Origin: Lytechinus pictus
Taxonomy: Eukaryota
Assembly: GCF_037042905.1 (NCBI RefSeq)
Contig: NC_087251.1
Location: forward strand, 48,920,001 to 48,984,000
Direction of reading: 5' to 3'
Length of the DNA: 64,000 bases
A program made the translations under genes and the position numbers. The notes under the pieces are model-generated. The model saw only the letters and a list, made by a program, of their open reading frames with translations, was not told the DNA's origin and did no database searches. Below, piece after piece: positions 39,562 through 55,300 of the stretch; position 1 is the stretch's first letter, and each line of letters opens with the position of its first letter.

Positions 39562-42470
39562 ATAAATAATTTGTTGAGTTTTCCATTATTTATAAATAAT
39601 GATTATTTGTTAAATAATGAAAACGTCTACTTCATTATTTATAAATAATTTTTATTTAATGTTCGAGTTTTCCATTATTTATAAATAAAGATTATTTGTT
39701 AAATAATGAAATATCTACTTCATTATTTATAAATAATAATTTTGTTTCAATATCCCATTATTTATAAATAATCATTATTTATAAACAATTTTTACAGTTT
39801 GCCATTATATACAAATAATCATTATTTATATACAAATAACCATTATTTATTAAATAATGCCATTATTTATTAAATAATGCCATTATTTATTAAATAATGG
39901 AAAACTCGCTATAACATGCAAATGTGGGACCGCCCATGATATGAATATTCATGATGCGATTTCCTTTTTCGTGATTTTTCTTCACAAATTTTTGTCCATT
40001 TCCTCTTCATAATGACATTTCTTGAAGCAATTTTCTAGGGATATGGTCTGATTGTAATATTCTTCATTTTCTATATAACTTCGTCTTCGTAGAAATATCA
40101 AAAAGTGTAATTTTATACGATTTTTCCTACAGTTCACAATCCCCATAGGCGCGCGTGTACGGTAGGGACAACCGGTGAATCGACGGAGTGCTCTTCATCG
40201 AAATACTACGTTGGTTGGTCCCCGGAAGTGGCGGGCGGAATTTAGCCCGAATCCTCGATGGAAGTCGATCAAGTGCATATGAGCTGAGAGAGTGAAATAT
40301 CAGTGTACTTGTACAGGCCCTTCTACTTTTTATAAATATTTCTTGTTGCTTTTTTTGTTAAGTTAATTTTTCCTGGTGTAGAGATAAGTTTCAGTTCTAA
40401 TAATGCACTTCAAATACATTTTGGAGTGTCTGTTTGAGGCGTTTGGGGTGATTTCACCCTGGCCCCAAAATGCTCGCAACGACAATATACGGGGGCATGA
40501 TGACCCCTAAATTTTTAAAAACTTATTTTTCTATTGAAAATTATCACAAAATTCACCAAAAGTGTGCACGAAAGCCTTCGTATTTCACTTTTAAAACTCC
40601 GAAAAGTGCCCAAATGACAAGCTTGGTCGCTTCGCTGTGTCGCTTTCAACTTGAGAACGTTTACGCGTCTGCTCCCCCCCCCCCTCCTCCGAAAGAAATT
40701 CTGTATACGACCATGCTCTAAAGAGCCTGGCACATTGATTTATGTATACTTTCATTTTCATTATTTTTATCTCATTATCAACATGGCCTTACGCAGAATT
40801 TTTTCCAGGGGGGCCGGGGCCGGAGCATGACGCGCGTAAACTTTCTCAAAAAAATCTTGAAAGCGAGACAGCCACGGGACCAAGCCCAAATGACAAGCTT
40901 TGTCGCTTCGCTGTCTCGCTTTCAACTTGAGAACGTTTACACGCGTCTGCCCCCACCCCCCGAAAGAAATTCTGTGAACGGCCATGCTCAAAAGAGCATA
41001 TGGCACATTGATTTATATGTACTTTTCATTTTCATTATTTTTATCACATTATCATCATGGCCTTACACAGAATTTTTACCGGGGGGGGGGGGGGGGGGGC
41101 AGCTAGGACGCGCGTAAAGTTTCTCAAAAAAATCTTGAAAGCGAGACAGCGACGCGACCAAGCTCAAATGACAAGCTTGGTCGCTTCGCTTTCTCAAGAT
41201 TTTTATGAGAAAGTTTACGCGCGTCCTGCTCCCCCCACCCCCCCCCCCCCGGAAAAAATTCATAAGGCCATGATGATAATGAGATAAAAATAATGAAAAT
41301 GAAGTATACATAAATCAATGTGCCAGGCTCTTTAGAGCATGGCCGCATACAGAATTTCTTTCGGAGGAGGGGGGGGGGGAAGCAGACGCGTAAACTTTCT
41401 CAAGTTGAAAACGACACAGCGAAGCGACCAAGCTTGTCATTTGGGCACTTTTTGGAGTTTTAAAAGTGAAATACGAAGGCTTTCGTGCACACTTTTGGTG
41501 AATTTTGTGATAATTTTCAATAGAAAAATAAGTTTTTAAAAAATTAGGGGTCATCATGCCCCCGTATTGTCGTTGCGAGCATTTTGGGGCCAGGGTGAAA
41601 TCGCCCCAAACGCCTCAAACAGACACTCCAAAATGTATTTGAAGTGCATTATTAGAACTGAAACTTATCTCTACACCAGGAAAAATTAACTTAACAAAAA
41701 AAGCAACAAGAAATATTTATAAAAAGTAGAAGGGCCTGTACAAGTACACTGATATTTCACTCTCTCAGCTCATATGCACTTGATCGACTTCCATCGAGGA
41801 TTCGGGCTAAATTCCGCCCGCCACTTCCGGGGACCAACCAACGTAGTATTTCGATGAAGAGCACTCCGTCGATTCACCGGTTGTCCCTACCGTACACGCG
41901 CGCCTATGGGGATTGTGAACTGTAGGAAAAATCGTATAAAATTACACTTTTTGATATTTCTACGAAGACGAAGTTATATAGAAAATGAAGAATATTACAA
42001 TCAGACCATATCCCTAGAAAATTGCTTCAAGAAATGTCATTATGAAGAGGAAATGGACAAAAATTTGTGAAGAAAAATCACGAAAAAGGAAATCGCATCA
42101 TGAATATTCATATCATGGGCGGTCCCACATTTGCATGTTATAGCGAGTTTTCCATTATTTAATAAATAATGGCATTATTTAATAAATAATGGTTATTTGT
42201 ATATAAATAATGATTATTTGTATATAATGGCAAACTGTAAAAATTGTTTATAAATAATGATTATTTATAAATAATGGGATATTGAAACAAAATTATTATT
42301 TATAAATAATGAAGTAGATATTTCATTATTTAACAAATAATCTTTATTTATAAATAATGGAAAACTCGAACATTAAATAAAAATTATTTATAAATAATGA
42401 AGTAGACGTTTTCATTATTTAACAAATAATCATTATTTATAAATAATGGAAAACTCAACAAATTATTTAT

Positions 42471-42842
42471 AAATAATGAAAAACAAATAATCATTATTTA
42501 TAAATAATGAAAAACAAATAATCATTATTTGTAAATAATGAAAAACAAATAATCATTATTTATAAATAATGAAAAACAAATAATCATTATTTATAAATAA
42601 TGAAAAACAAATAATCATTATTTATAAATAATGAAAAACAAATAATCATTATTTGTAAATAATGAAAAACAAATAATCATTATATATAAATAATGAAAAA
42701 CAAATAATCATTATTTATAAATAATGAAAAACAAATAATCATTATTTGTAAATAATGAAAAACAAATAATCATTATTTATAAATAATGAAAAACAAATAA
42801 TCATTATTTATAAATAATGAAAAACAAATAATCATTATTTAT
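42471..42842 (-). repeat. 31-bp tandem array (12 units), right arm of the foldback
   Basis: Reverse complement of the left-arm unit; 372 bp = 12 x 31. Confidence 0.9.
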
Positions 42843-44302
42843 AAATAATGGAATGTTGAACTATTATTATTTACAAATAATGAAGTATTACTTGGAATTA
42901 TATATAAATAATTAGAAATGATATTTTATATAATAGTAGTTATTTACAAATAAAATGTAAATTATATATAAATAATAGTTATTATTTAATAAATAATGAT
43001 TATATAACAAATAATTGTTCTATATAATATTGGTACATTCGGCGCCTCATAGTTATTCACTGTTCAAAAGGGAATTAAAAGCCATTCATCAGACACTTCT
43101 GTTACTTTGTATCTTATCTGAATGCACACACACACCAAAAAAAATATCCATGTTTTAGAATAATTATGGCTACAGGACTTCATTTGAGATATGGGCAAAC
43201 TATAAACTAGTCTACTCTTTATTTCCTTTTTACATAACAAAAAACCCAAAGAGATTATATTTTTTAAATACATGATTATTTAATCCTGTACTGAAATATG
43301 GTCTTCAAAAATATGTACTCAGTACGAAATCTCCACATATGGAAATTAAAAATGATACAATTTACATTTGAAAGATCATACAATGACCGAGGGAAAACAA
43401 AGAAAATATAAACTTTTATAAGGTAGATGAAATAATTCAAGTAAATAAATAATCAAAATATTTCTTCATATCATGAAGACATATTATTTTCAGCCAGTAT
43501 TAAACTGACTAAATGACTATTCTCATATCGCCAGTGCATTTCATTCTCCCTACACTACAATCCAATGAATTCCTCATTTTGGTAATACCTACCTATTGCA
43601 ACCCTTAAACAAGATATATCTTTTGTGAACCATATCATATGCAAGATGTGTTTTATTGAAAAACTAGAAGTTACTCATTTCTGAAAAAAAATATGAGTAA
43701 TAGGATACATTCACAACCGGTATGTATGTAGTAAATCTTGAAAGAATTCAAACAAAATTTTTCAAAAAAATGACTGTATTGCTCTTATAAATACATACAT
43801 GATCATGATTTTGTACATATTCAACGTTTTAAGAGAAATTGAAAGGAGTAGTTCCCGAGAGGATTGATATTCATTCTTCTTATAAAGAGGGTTACTGCCA
43901 TCAATGTAAATGAAACTTTACATTGATATCATTCACATTTCTTCTATATCAGACAATGGTCAGTGTTGGGTGACATTTTGAACATTACTTTTCGGCGAAG
44001 CTAACTTCCAAAAGTCACTAATGCAAAATAATATCTGAATGCAAAATACTACAATTTATGACAGGTATTTGAAATGGCACAGTAGGATAGAAAACATTTT
44101 CTTCAAAAGGCATTGTTTATTTTCTCTATTGGTATTGTGCATTGTGGATCAATATTTTTTTGTGCAACTGACTTTTGGAACCTACTACCCAACAAGAATT
44201 TGTCTCTTGGTACATGCCAATTCCATACTGTCAAGACCGTTTGACACTGATCTTGCTCATATTACTCATTTTAATATTCTATCTATTCAATTTAGAGACC
44301 TT

Positions 44303-47300
44303 TCATTGTCTGAGATCTTCAGGGCAATCTGGCTGCTTGGAAGGATGGCTGACCTTAAAGGCATCAAGTTCAGCAAGACCATCGTTGATCCTTGAGATGA
44401 TTGGAAAAGTTGCCATGTTCACATTAAATCTGTGTTAGAAAAAAGAAAAAGAATATTAAAACCAGTGACTAAATTTTCCTCACTGTTGTGTGTTCCGAAA
44501 CGGAGAAGCATCAATCTGCATTAAAATATTAGAATGAACAGGTGACTACTTTTTCTCCCTGTTGACTTGTGTGTCAAGGAATGGAAAAGTTAACAGTAAA
44601 GTACAACAAGTGGAATGCCTCTGGCCGTCTCACCTGCATCACGCGATTCAATATAGCAGCAGTGCTGATTTTGAAAACTACTATAACTCGCACAAGATGT
44701 TCAGTGATACTTGGTTACTCTATTTCCACGTTTTATGAACTAGACCAATACACTTATAGAGATATGATGGCAATTCAACAAATACCCCCAACGTGGCCAA
44801 AGTTCTTTGACCTTACATGACCTTTGACCTTGATCATGTGACCTGAAACTCGCACAAGATGTTCAGTGATACTTGGTTACTCTATTTCCACGTTTTATGA
44901 ACTAGACCAATACACTTATAGAGATATGATGGCAATTCAACAAATACCCCCAACGTGGCCAAAGTTCTTTGACCTTACATGACCTTTGACCTTGATCATG
45001 TGACCTGAAACTCGCACAGGATGTTCAGTGATACTTGATTACTATTATGTCCAAGTTTTATGAACTAGACCAACACACTTTCAAATTTATGGCTGTAATT
45101 CAACAAATACCCCAATTTGGCCAAAGTTCATTGACCCTAAATGACCTTTGACCTTGATCATGTGACCTGAAACTTGCACAGGATGCTCAGTAATACTTGA
45201 TTACTATTATGTCTAAGTTTCATCAATCAGATCCATAAACTTTCAAAGTTATGATGGTAATTCAACAGATACCCCCAATTCGGCCAAAGTTCATTGACCC
45301 TAAATGACCTTTGACCTTGGTCATGTGACGTGAAACTCATGCAGGATGTTCAGTGATACTTGATTAACCTTATGTATAAGTTTCATGAACTAGGTCCATA
45401 TATTTTCTAAGTTATGATGACATTTCAAAAACTTAACCTTAGGTTAAGATTTTGATGTTGATTCCCCCAACATGGTCTAAGTTCATTGACCCTAAATGAC
45501 CTTTGACCTTGGTCATGTGACATGAAACTCAGGCAGGATGTTCAGTAATACTTGATTAACCTTATGGCCAAGTTTCATGAACTAGGTCCATATACTTTCT
45601 AAGTTATGCTGTCATTTCAAAAACTTAACCTCAGGTTAAGATTTGGTGTTGACGCCGCCGCCGCCGTCGCCGTCGGAAAAGCGGCGCCTATAGTCTCACT
45701 CTGCTATGCAGGTGAGACAAAAACATGACAGCTAAAGTATGTAACAAATAACTATTGAATTGAATACCAGGGTTTTTCACAACATCAAGACACAAAGTTA
45801 CAAATGATTCATGCCAATGTCATACACTTATGTGTACATGCAAACATTTTTAATCATTCATAATATAATACTGTTATCAATTTTGAATATTAATTGCATT
45901 TGTGTTGTATTGGATATTGAACAATAAGTAGAAAAGGTTGAATTCTTTAACAATGTATTAAAAGTTGACATGAAATTGAAGTGAACAGATTTCAATAGTG
46001 ATAAGATATTCAAATAAAGGTATATGAATATACTGATAACATCTGAGTGAAAGATTCTTTCAAATTTTAGGTATAGTTTTTTTTTTAATACGCCACTTAA
46101 TGCAGCTCTCCACAATTCAGTATTTTAAGCCGAGTACAATTGTAAAATTTTACAGATTACTTTTTATTATAATTCAAGCTATTGTTCTGCTTATGACAGC
46201 TCAAACAACTTGATAATGGATAATGGATAGTGGAGCGTTGTGGCCCAGTGGATTAGTCTTCGGACTTTGAAACAGAGGGTCGTGGGTTCGAATCCCAGCC
46301 ATGGCGTAATTTCCTTCAGCAAGAAATTTATCCACACTGTGCTGCACTCAACCCAGGTGAGATGAATGGGTACCCGGTAGGAAGAAATTCCTTGAATGCT
46401 TTGAGCGCCTAGGCAGCCCAGCTAAAGCCGGGGTAATAATAATAGCAGGGCCCGCTGGGAGAACAGTTTTCGGAACTGAAGCGGCTTCCCTGGGTAAACA
46501 TACCTGTATTATTATTATTATTATTATAATAAATACACTTTTCAATTCAATGCACTCAATTACTACAGCATACCAAGAGTAAAGGGCATTTTTTTCTCAA
46601 AAGCATGATCATGTATTATTCACCATATTGATTCAGTTTTAATTTGTCCATCAATTTTTAATGAGATATTTACATTAAATTAACGATAATTCAATAAATA
46701 GAAATCAACAGAAACATGAGCTTCTTAATCTCAATCATAAATTGAATGAACACATATTACTCAACTCCATAAATTCAGTTTTGATTTGTCCATGAGATTT
46801 TACATAAATGTACTATGATAAGAGTACCAAAAAATAAAACACATGAGTTTCTCGATCTTAATAAAAAAATCCATATACACCATGATCATTGAAAAAGACA
46901 AAAAGATACATATAGCTTTGACATAAAAAAGTATATAGCACAATAAAGTAAAGTCCATGCATTCCAGCACTACGTGTCTTGGGGTATTTGCATAGCACAC
47001 ATCCACCTTGTCATTTGCTCCAAGTGCTTCTACATAACCCCCCAGCTAAACTAAGCTACCGATATTCCGATGCTCAAAGCTTTTTGATGATTTACTTCCT
47101 GCCGGAGTGCCCGTACCCACTTACCTCACCTGGCCTGAGTGCAGCACATTGTGGATCAATTTCTTGCTGAAGGAACTATCTGATGAATATTTGCATGATG
47201 AACATGGCTGGGATTCAAAGCCACGACCCTCTGTTACAAAGTCATGGAGAGTAATCCACTGGGCCACAATACTCCAATTCACTGCTGGTGTTCCTACCTA

Positions 47301-50300
47301 CCTCAAAGCATTGTAGACCTGTGGTGCAAGGAAGAGATCAGCTACAGTGACTTCATCCCCAATGCAGTACTTGCCGGAGGTGTTCTCAAGGGTTTTCTCA
47401 AGAGCTTCAAAGCCTTTGGTGATGAGTGTGTTTCCTACTTCCATCTTTCGGTCTGCTCCAATGAACTTGATCATGCTAAGATTCTGCAGTCATGCAATAG
47501 ACATTGAAATTTATTTCCATGATATTCCATATCAAATACAAAATAGCAATAAATGTAGCTTCTAAAAATTCATGAAAATGTGAATATAAACAAGGATTCA
47601 TGATACCAATCAAGCATTATATTATTATTTGGGTTTTGTTCTTATGTGTACTGCCTATAACAATTGTTTGGTCATGGAAATTCGTGCTAATTCATCCACT
47701 GCCAAGTTCTAGCTTATACAGTTAATTTTCTCAAATCAGCATGGATCATCAAGTAGATATATGTATTGTCATATAATTACAAATGGAAATTAAAACAAAT
47801 GGGATGGACGGTGGTGATAATAGGTGTACACAATTAGCTGCAACGATGTGATTATTGCTGGCATAGATGGACACAATACCAGTACTATTTGATGGATCAC
47901 TAATATTGATCGATGAATAGGGGGCCAACAGCTGTTTCAACTGAAAGCAAATATGAAATCTTGATAATTTAAAGAAAAACCAGTGACATACAGTCATAGA
48001 TATATAAAATGCCTCAGTTCTGATAAATAAATGGTGTCTATGATGTGGTGTCTACTGTCCTTTACTTGTGACTTATCATGAAAATGTTCAAATCAATCTA
48101 TATTGGCCATTGACTGTTTCTCCACAGCATAAATGTGCATCATAATCGCAATTGAATGAAAGCAAAATCTAGTAATTTTCTTTGTAAATATTTGTGGAAA
48201 ATTGATTATAATGATTCAATACACTTTAAATATTTTATGTTTAGGTTTTCTTCAAAATAATTTGCTAATACCTAATGTCAAGATAGACCAAGATCTCATT
48301 CCTGGCAATCATTAAATCAGTTATGAGGAAGATACAAGTTATACCTTCACCACAGATGAACATGAGGGTAGGGTTGGGGGCTGAGGAATGGCGGTCTGTT
48401 ATGAAAGTTCTCGCTACTGACAATTTCAGTAATATTCTTGGTTTTGATCAATTGAAATGCACTAGTTTCAAATTTCCTATGATAAACTGACAATGATGTG
48501 ACTTTAAATGTGTATGTCAATATAGGATATGTGAGAGGTTTGATAGACAGATGACTGTTTCAAGAATGTAAATATAAATGTAAAATTGATAATGAAGGGA
48601 AGAGTAAAGATGGCTTGATCATACCACATCCCATGTTGCCTTTGATACATTTGCCAGAAAGATAATAGAATATGGACTTGAAACTTACTTTCATATTCAC
48701 ATCGGCTGTGCATGGAGCAGTATACTGTCGACAACAGTAAGATTGAAAGGCTTAAATTTCTAACATATTTCTGTGGTACTAAGAGATTCAACTGAGACAG
48801 ACTAATTTGTATTTGACTCTGTCCGACTTGGACAAGTAGGAGGAAAATTATTCTTACACACACTCTTCTTAATCTAATCTGTCTCTCTTCCTTCTATGCA
48901 TCCTCATCCATCCATCCATATATATCCTTCCACCTATCTATCAACATAGCTGACTATTATCAGTCTATCAATAAACCTACCCATCCACCCACCTACCTAT
49001 CTATCTATAGATCTATCTATCTATCAATTCATTGAGTCATTCATTTTTTTTAAATTAAATAAACTTTTGGTTTTGATGATACAATCACGCCAATGAAAAT
49101 GACTCCAAACCGATGAATGGTACGTCACTCGAAATAAAACAATAGTTTTGATCCGTCTGGAGTCGGTTCCATTGATGAGACTGGTACAGAAGTTTACTAA
49201 CCTGAAGAGGCTGGATCCCTGCATTGATCATTTCTGCTACCTGACGTGTCTAGAGGTACAGACAAACCATGGAATAGACATTCAATTATAATCTCATTGA
49301 AAATCATTGATGACATGAAAAGTACATCCAAGCCCTGCACCCATACACAATCAATTTGCAAAAAAAGAATTAGAACAAAAAAATCAGTATTTGATATAAA
49401 CATTCAAACCTAAGAAATCTTAAAAATCAAAGCTGCAAAAAAGTGAAAACTTATATTGAAATTTCAGTCTATTACAGGCCTCCTGTAGGAATAAAAGCAA
49501 AATAAATTATAAATAGTTTTGACATTTCAATCATCATTTGCTACGTTTTGAAGCCGATCTGTACTTTACTCCGACCACAAGGCTTGCAGTAAAGCAGAAT
49601 TTTTATTTCAATATTCCTAGTATTACTCCTCAGTACAAAAGAGATTATTTTAATAATCTCTTCATTTTAATAATATTAATTATATTATACTGTAAAGCGC
49701 TTTGAGCCATTATGGGAAAAGCCCTATATAAAAACTGGCTATTATTATTACTATTTATCATTATTTTACTTGTTTCAACCTTCACATTTAATTAAGGCCA
49801 ATGCAATTTGTTATTAAAAAGAAGAAGCATTGGATAGTAAAGTGTGTGGCGGACTTTAGATCCAACTACACACGACCATGAATCTTATCAAACTTCCTTT
49901 TAAAGGTTCATTTTCAAGAGAAAGTTTCATGACTTTTGCACACCGGTAAAGAAAGCTACACCACATTCTTATCTGTTAAAATTATCAGATCCCTGTCTTG
50001 TTACTTGCTATCTCTTATTTAGTCCCATTCATATGAATTTCTGTATGGTTGTATCATTCATACAGCATGTTATTGTGGCAGAATTCAGTGAGTTCAGATC
50101 TACTCAAGATAGGGTGTTATGAGGACCCTATTAAATGCCATAAAATGTCTCAGAAAAATTATCTGAAAAGTATGTTTTTCCTTTTGAACAAGTAATTTGA
50201 CCTCAGAGAAATTGTTTGCATAACAATTTGTTTATGAATGTTATGCACAGTTCAGAGACTCACTGCAAGGACTGAAGGATCACTTACCATGAATCTTTTG

Positions 50301-51374
50301 ATTGGGTCTCTTGGAAAGAGGCTACAAGTTGGTCTGGTCTCCTCCAGGTATTCTATGATAGGAAGCTGCACAATTAGTAATGATAATTATGGAAGATGAT
50401 AATCATATGAACAAAATTAATGGGTGTCGTCAGCTTCTGAATGACAGAGGAGGGGCAAAGAGTGTTTTTGTTTTTACAGTTTCTTTTTGTATACTATATC
50501 TAATTTGTCACTAATTATTATTTTATTATTTTTATTACTTTTTAGTGTTGCATTCACTTTCTTTTGGCGATCCAGTCACATGGGTTTTTTTAATAGCCTA
50601 TGCAAAAAGCCAGGCAATTAATTTTGTATTGACTGATATCCATCAATATCATTTTGTATGTTGTTTTTATTTTTTTTGCATAATAAAGACTGAATTGAAT
50701 TGTAATAAATTGAAGATGAAACTTACTGACTGCGTCATCATAACACCATCGATCTCTAATGCAGGAACTTGCCCCAATGGATTTATTGTACGGTAGGCAT
50801 CAGAAAGCTGGAACAAAATTCAATAACTGCATTTAATAGTGAAACCTCTAATGATGGGATGCTGGTGCAAATAAAAGGAGACATCATCCTCTTTCCCTTC
50901 AAAACATAGGATTATTGCATGATTTTTGACTAAAAATGGGCAATATAAAGCCAACTGATACCTACATGAAATGTCATGCACTCATCAGAGTTAGATCGCA
51001 TGAATAAATAGAACACTAGGAACAAAACAATACACTGGTCAGCTATTTTACTCTCATGAGAATATGTCTAAAAGTTTTGGTATGTCTGTGTTCAATACTA
51101 TTTTCCAAATGCATCTTAATAAAAACAATCCCAGCTTAAATGAAGTTTCGTGAACCAGTGAGTTGGGATTAACATTAAACCTTGGACTATTCAGCCAAGA
51201 AATTGTTTTTGCAAACAATCACTGACAGATGATTAGTAACCTGTAATTGATAATGATATTTATTATGCTATTTATTAGGTTATTTTATGCATTTTCTATA
51301 TGTTGTTGGATTGTTTTATTGTCAAAAGGACCATGTTGAAAAACAGTGTAAAGTATCTGAACATGTTATCCTAT

Positions 51375-51405
<31 letters not shown>

Positions 51406-52219
51406 CAGTGCGTCCCAGAAAAACGAAACTGAGATTTAGCGATGATTTATCATAACTTAGTCATAAATAAAATAGACAAATGACCTACCAATGTAAAGCT
51501 TAGAATCTCCTCTTTCATCTGGTATTACTTAGATTATCCCTTATTCACGCATGAGTGAGCAAAAACAATTCGAAGAAAGGATGCCAAAAACTCATTTGGC
51601 GGGGGGTATCTGAATTTCAAAAAGAAAATCACACGACTAAAAAGTTCAATATCTGCTCTTTTCTTTGATACCTTAATCACAGAAAATGGTCAAGAAGTAA
51701 AAAAATTATGGTCCCTCGAATCAATGCTTGTATTTCCATAATTTCATTAAATAAACGTGTTTTCACCGGTTTCCCACAGAAGCTATCGCACAGTAACAAA
51801 AGACTTAATGCATGGCTGATCGTCAACAAAATGGAGTGTCGAGTGAGTTTGAACGCTAGCCTGTAAAACCTCTTCATTTTATGAAATTATTGAAATTCAA
51901 GCCTTATTTCAAATAACCAGAACTTTGTTATTTCTTGACCATTTTCTGTAATTAAGGTATCAAATTAAAGAGCAGATATTGAACTTTTTAAAACTGGTTT
52001 TCTTTTTAAAACCCAGATACGGCCCGCAAAATGAGTTTTTGGCATCCTTTCTTCGAATTGTTTTTGCTCACTCATGCGTGAATGAGGAATAATCTAAGTA
52101 ATACCAGATGAAAGAGGAGATTCTAAGCTTTAAAATAGTAGGTCATTTGTCTATTGTATTTGTGATTAAGTTATGATAAAATAATTGATAAATCTCGGTT
52201 TCGTTTTTTGTGGGACGCA

Positions 52220-52305
<86 letters not shown>

Positions 52306-55300
52306 GTGTAAAGTTATACATGTACAACAGCTTTGGCAACTCTTTTATTTAAATATTGTAAAGAAATGGATGAAGATATATATATATATATATATTAAAA
52401 CATCTTTGTACAGGATAACAAGTTTTGTATATTGACTTTATTTATTATTCATTTATTCATATATATATATATAAGAATAAATGAATAATAAATAAGAATA
52501 GATTTATATTCTTATTTGTAATTACCTGTTCTGACTTCAGTAGGTTCACAGCTTTATATTCATAGTTGATTCCTTTCAAGGCAAGAGCTACAAATTTAAA
52601 AAAAAAATCAGCTTTCATACTTATGCATCATACAAGGGTTATTACATGGACAATTTTAATCAATTACAACCTTGTCATCATCAGTTAAACTAATCAATTA
52701 AATCTGACTAGAATTCTATCAATCATCTTCACTTTAAATTCAAAGTGCATAAGAAAATAGCATTTATTCGTTTTCATTACTGAGTGAAAGTGTGGAACAC
52801 AAATTAAAACTAGAATTTTAATTTGTCTTGAGGACGAATTAGGTGATCTGTCTGTGATTCTCATGATCATGATCTAATTTTTGATCATTATGTTAATACA
52901 GATCAATATGATAATCATTATAATAATCAGACTTTTATTAACAAAAGAACATATTAAATACTGCTGAAAGACAAAAAATGAGGAAGTTGTGTAAAAGGCC
53001 TTGTTTTATTAGAGAATGTCAAATCCCATTTCGCAAGTGACGACACAAAATAGTGAACATAATGTTGACAGAATACATTAATGTAGCATCTAGTTTTGAG
53101 AAAAAATCAGTACAAAAAGAGGGTACACACAAAATGAGCAACAAAAAGATAAATAAAAATGTCAAGTCAGTTTCGAACCGAGGACCCTCGCTTTACAAGG
53201 CAGGCGCGCTATCCATTAGATCACCTTGTTTCTCAAAGAGTCATCATTTAAAGAATGAAAATAATCTCAAATTGACTTATGACAGTGAGAGATTGGCAGA
53301 GTGATATGCCTCTAAAGCCCTCTATAAAATTGTCATTTTTTAGGATGATCAATTAATGTAAATGAGTATTTAAGAAAACATTCAGAAACAGTATAAGCAC
53401 AGCTACAATGTATTGAAAACTGGGGGAAAAACAACCAATATTTACGGAGTTATAGTCATATTTGCGAAATTATGAAAACGTGATAACAAAAATTTGAAAT
53501 TTTGAATTCCGACGCCATTTTGATTACATCATGATAAAATTTAGGGTCAAATGTGATATGAAATCACATCTACGGTTCATACTTTATCTAAATAAACTAG
53601 AAAGACTCTTGACTTGACAGTACATTTGATATCGATGCACCTGCCATTACAGATCTGAGCCATGTTACACAAAATTACTATTATGGCAACTTTGCCATCC
53701 AATGGTAGAAACCATGGTAACAATGATCAACAGCCAATCAAAAATCAAGGATTCCATGCAAGATACCATTGAATGGCAAGGATTATATAACTTTCCAATA
53801 CCTAACAGATTGTCGCTGCCATGTGAATATGAACCAAGTTTACAATTATTTCTAAATTCTAATTATATATAGGATTTAGGATCCATAAGTTATCATAAAA
53901 AAATAGCCATGAACTCTGTAACCTTTAACCTCATAACCCAAATGTCATAACCTTTGAAAACTATATTTTCAAAAAGTCAGATTAATGCCTCTCCTTTGTG
54001 TGTAAATGAATCATGTTTGATGTTGGTTCATGCCATGGTTTTATTAAAGTTATTGCATGAACAACAAGGCAAACGCCAAGCATTGTCTCGCCTGCATATT
54101 GCAGTCATGAAGAGACTGCATGTCAAAACTATGCTATATGACTTCTGAGGCTGTCAGCAGTTTAGGGGGTGAATTGTGGTTCTGACAATTTACATATGCA
54201 TTAATGGCCTACTTTATCCCTAGAAAATCAGATAACACTAAGAATGCTGTTAATACTATGAAGCTATAATTATTTCCATGCAAGTAAGGAAATGAATATT
54301 GGTGTAAAAGAATGTAATTGATAATAATGTGAGTAAAATTGTAAAATTACATTATTAAGGTGTTATGGCAAACTTATTGTTTGAAAAAATGGAGGAAAGG
54401 TTGTGCATGAAAGATAAATATAAAAACTTATTGTGTGTGATTTTATTTTTATTGCTTTCTATTCTTGTTTTTTTCTTGTGATCTGAATGAGTGCAACATG
54501 TTGCCCGGCACCACGGCGTGGACGCGGATCACACTTCATAATATTCACACTGTAATGAAATGCCAATCTTTAGCATTATGTTGGATGATGGTACATGTAG
54601 GGGCATAACTTTTCTCAATTTGTTTTCTACAGTATTACCAGAACATGTACATACAGCAAATCTGAAGGGTAACATTTAAGAAACTATGACAGCTTTTCTA
54701 TTGTACCATTGTCAAATTTGTGTGAATATTATAAATGGTGCCAAGAACTATAGCTCATTAAATAAATAACAACAACAGTTTTTAAAGAATAAACAAGTAA
54801 AATACAAAATCTGGTTCAGGTATAGAGAGTACTGAGTTCTGAAGTAAAATGTTAGTGTTAAAAAGTATAAAATTATAAAGTTCATGTCATTAGAGGAACA
54901 AAGTAGTGTGAAAGTTCATTGACCTTTGACCTTCATCAAATTCAACTCACATTCGAACCTGACCTGCACCTTCAAGAGATGGACCTCTGTTACGAGTTTG
55001 GCGATTCCACCTCGAAGCTATAGAAAGTTATTGTGTGTACAACACAGCACAGTGCCAGTCATGGAAAGTTCATTGACCTTTGACCTTAATCAAATTCAAC
55101 TCACATTCGAACTTGACCTGCACCTTCAAGAGATGGACCTCTTGTATGAATTTGGCAATCCTACCTCGAAGATATAGAAAGTTATTGTGTGTACAGCACA
55201 GCACAGTGCTAGTCATGGAAAGTTCATTGACCTTTGACCTTATTCAAATTCGGGTCACATTTGAACTTGACCTGCACCTTCAAGAGATGGACCTCTGTTA

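Larger units (their letters stand above)
38888..43051. mobile_element. 4.16-kb foldback element with ~1.9-kb inverted arms and 6-bp TSD
   Basis: GTTATT|TATGAGACGCCGAATGTACC...GGTACATTCGGCGCCTCATA|GTTATT; arms are near-identical to ~40860/41190; no credible ORF. Confidence 0.92.

Noticed and set aside
40470..41557. Paired ORFs on both strands (MMTPKFLKTYFSIENYHK...)
   Set aside because: Mirror images produced by the palindrome; no transposase motifs.
46232..46305. tRNA gene
   Set aside because: It has A and B boxes but no good acceptor or anticodon stem pairing, and it continues into a SINE body and (ATT)n tail.
53170..53226. Minus-strand tRNA-like sequence (GGTGATCTAATGG...GGTTCGAAA)
   Set aside because: Partial and degenerate; most likely a SINE or tRNA-derived remnant.
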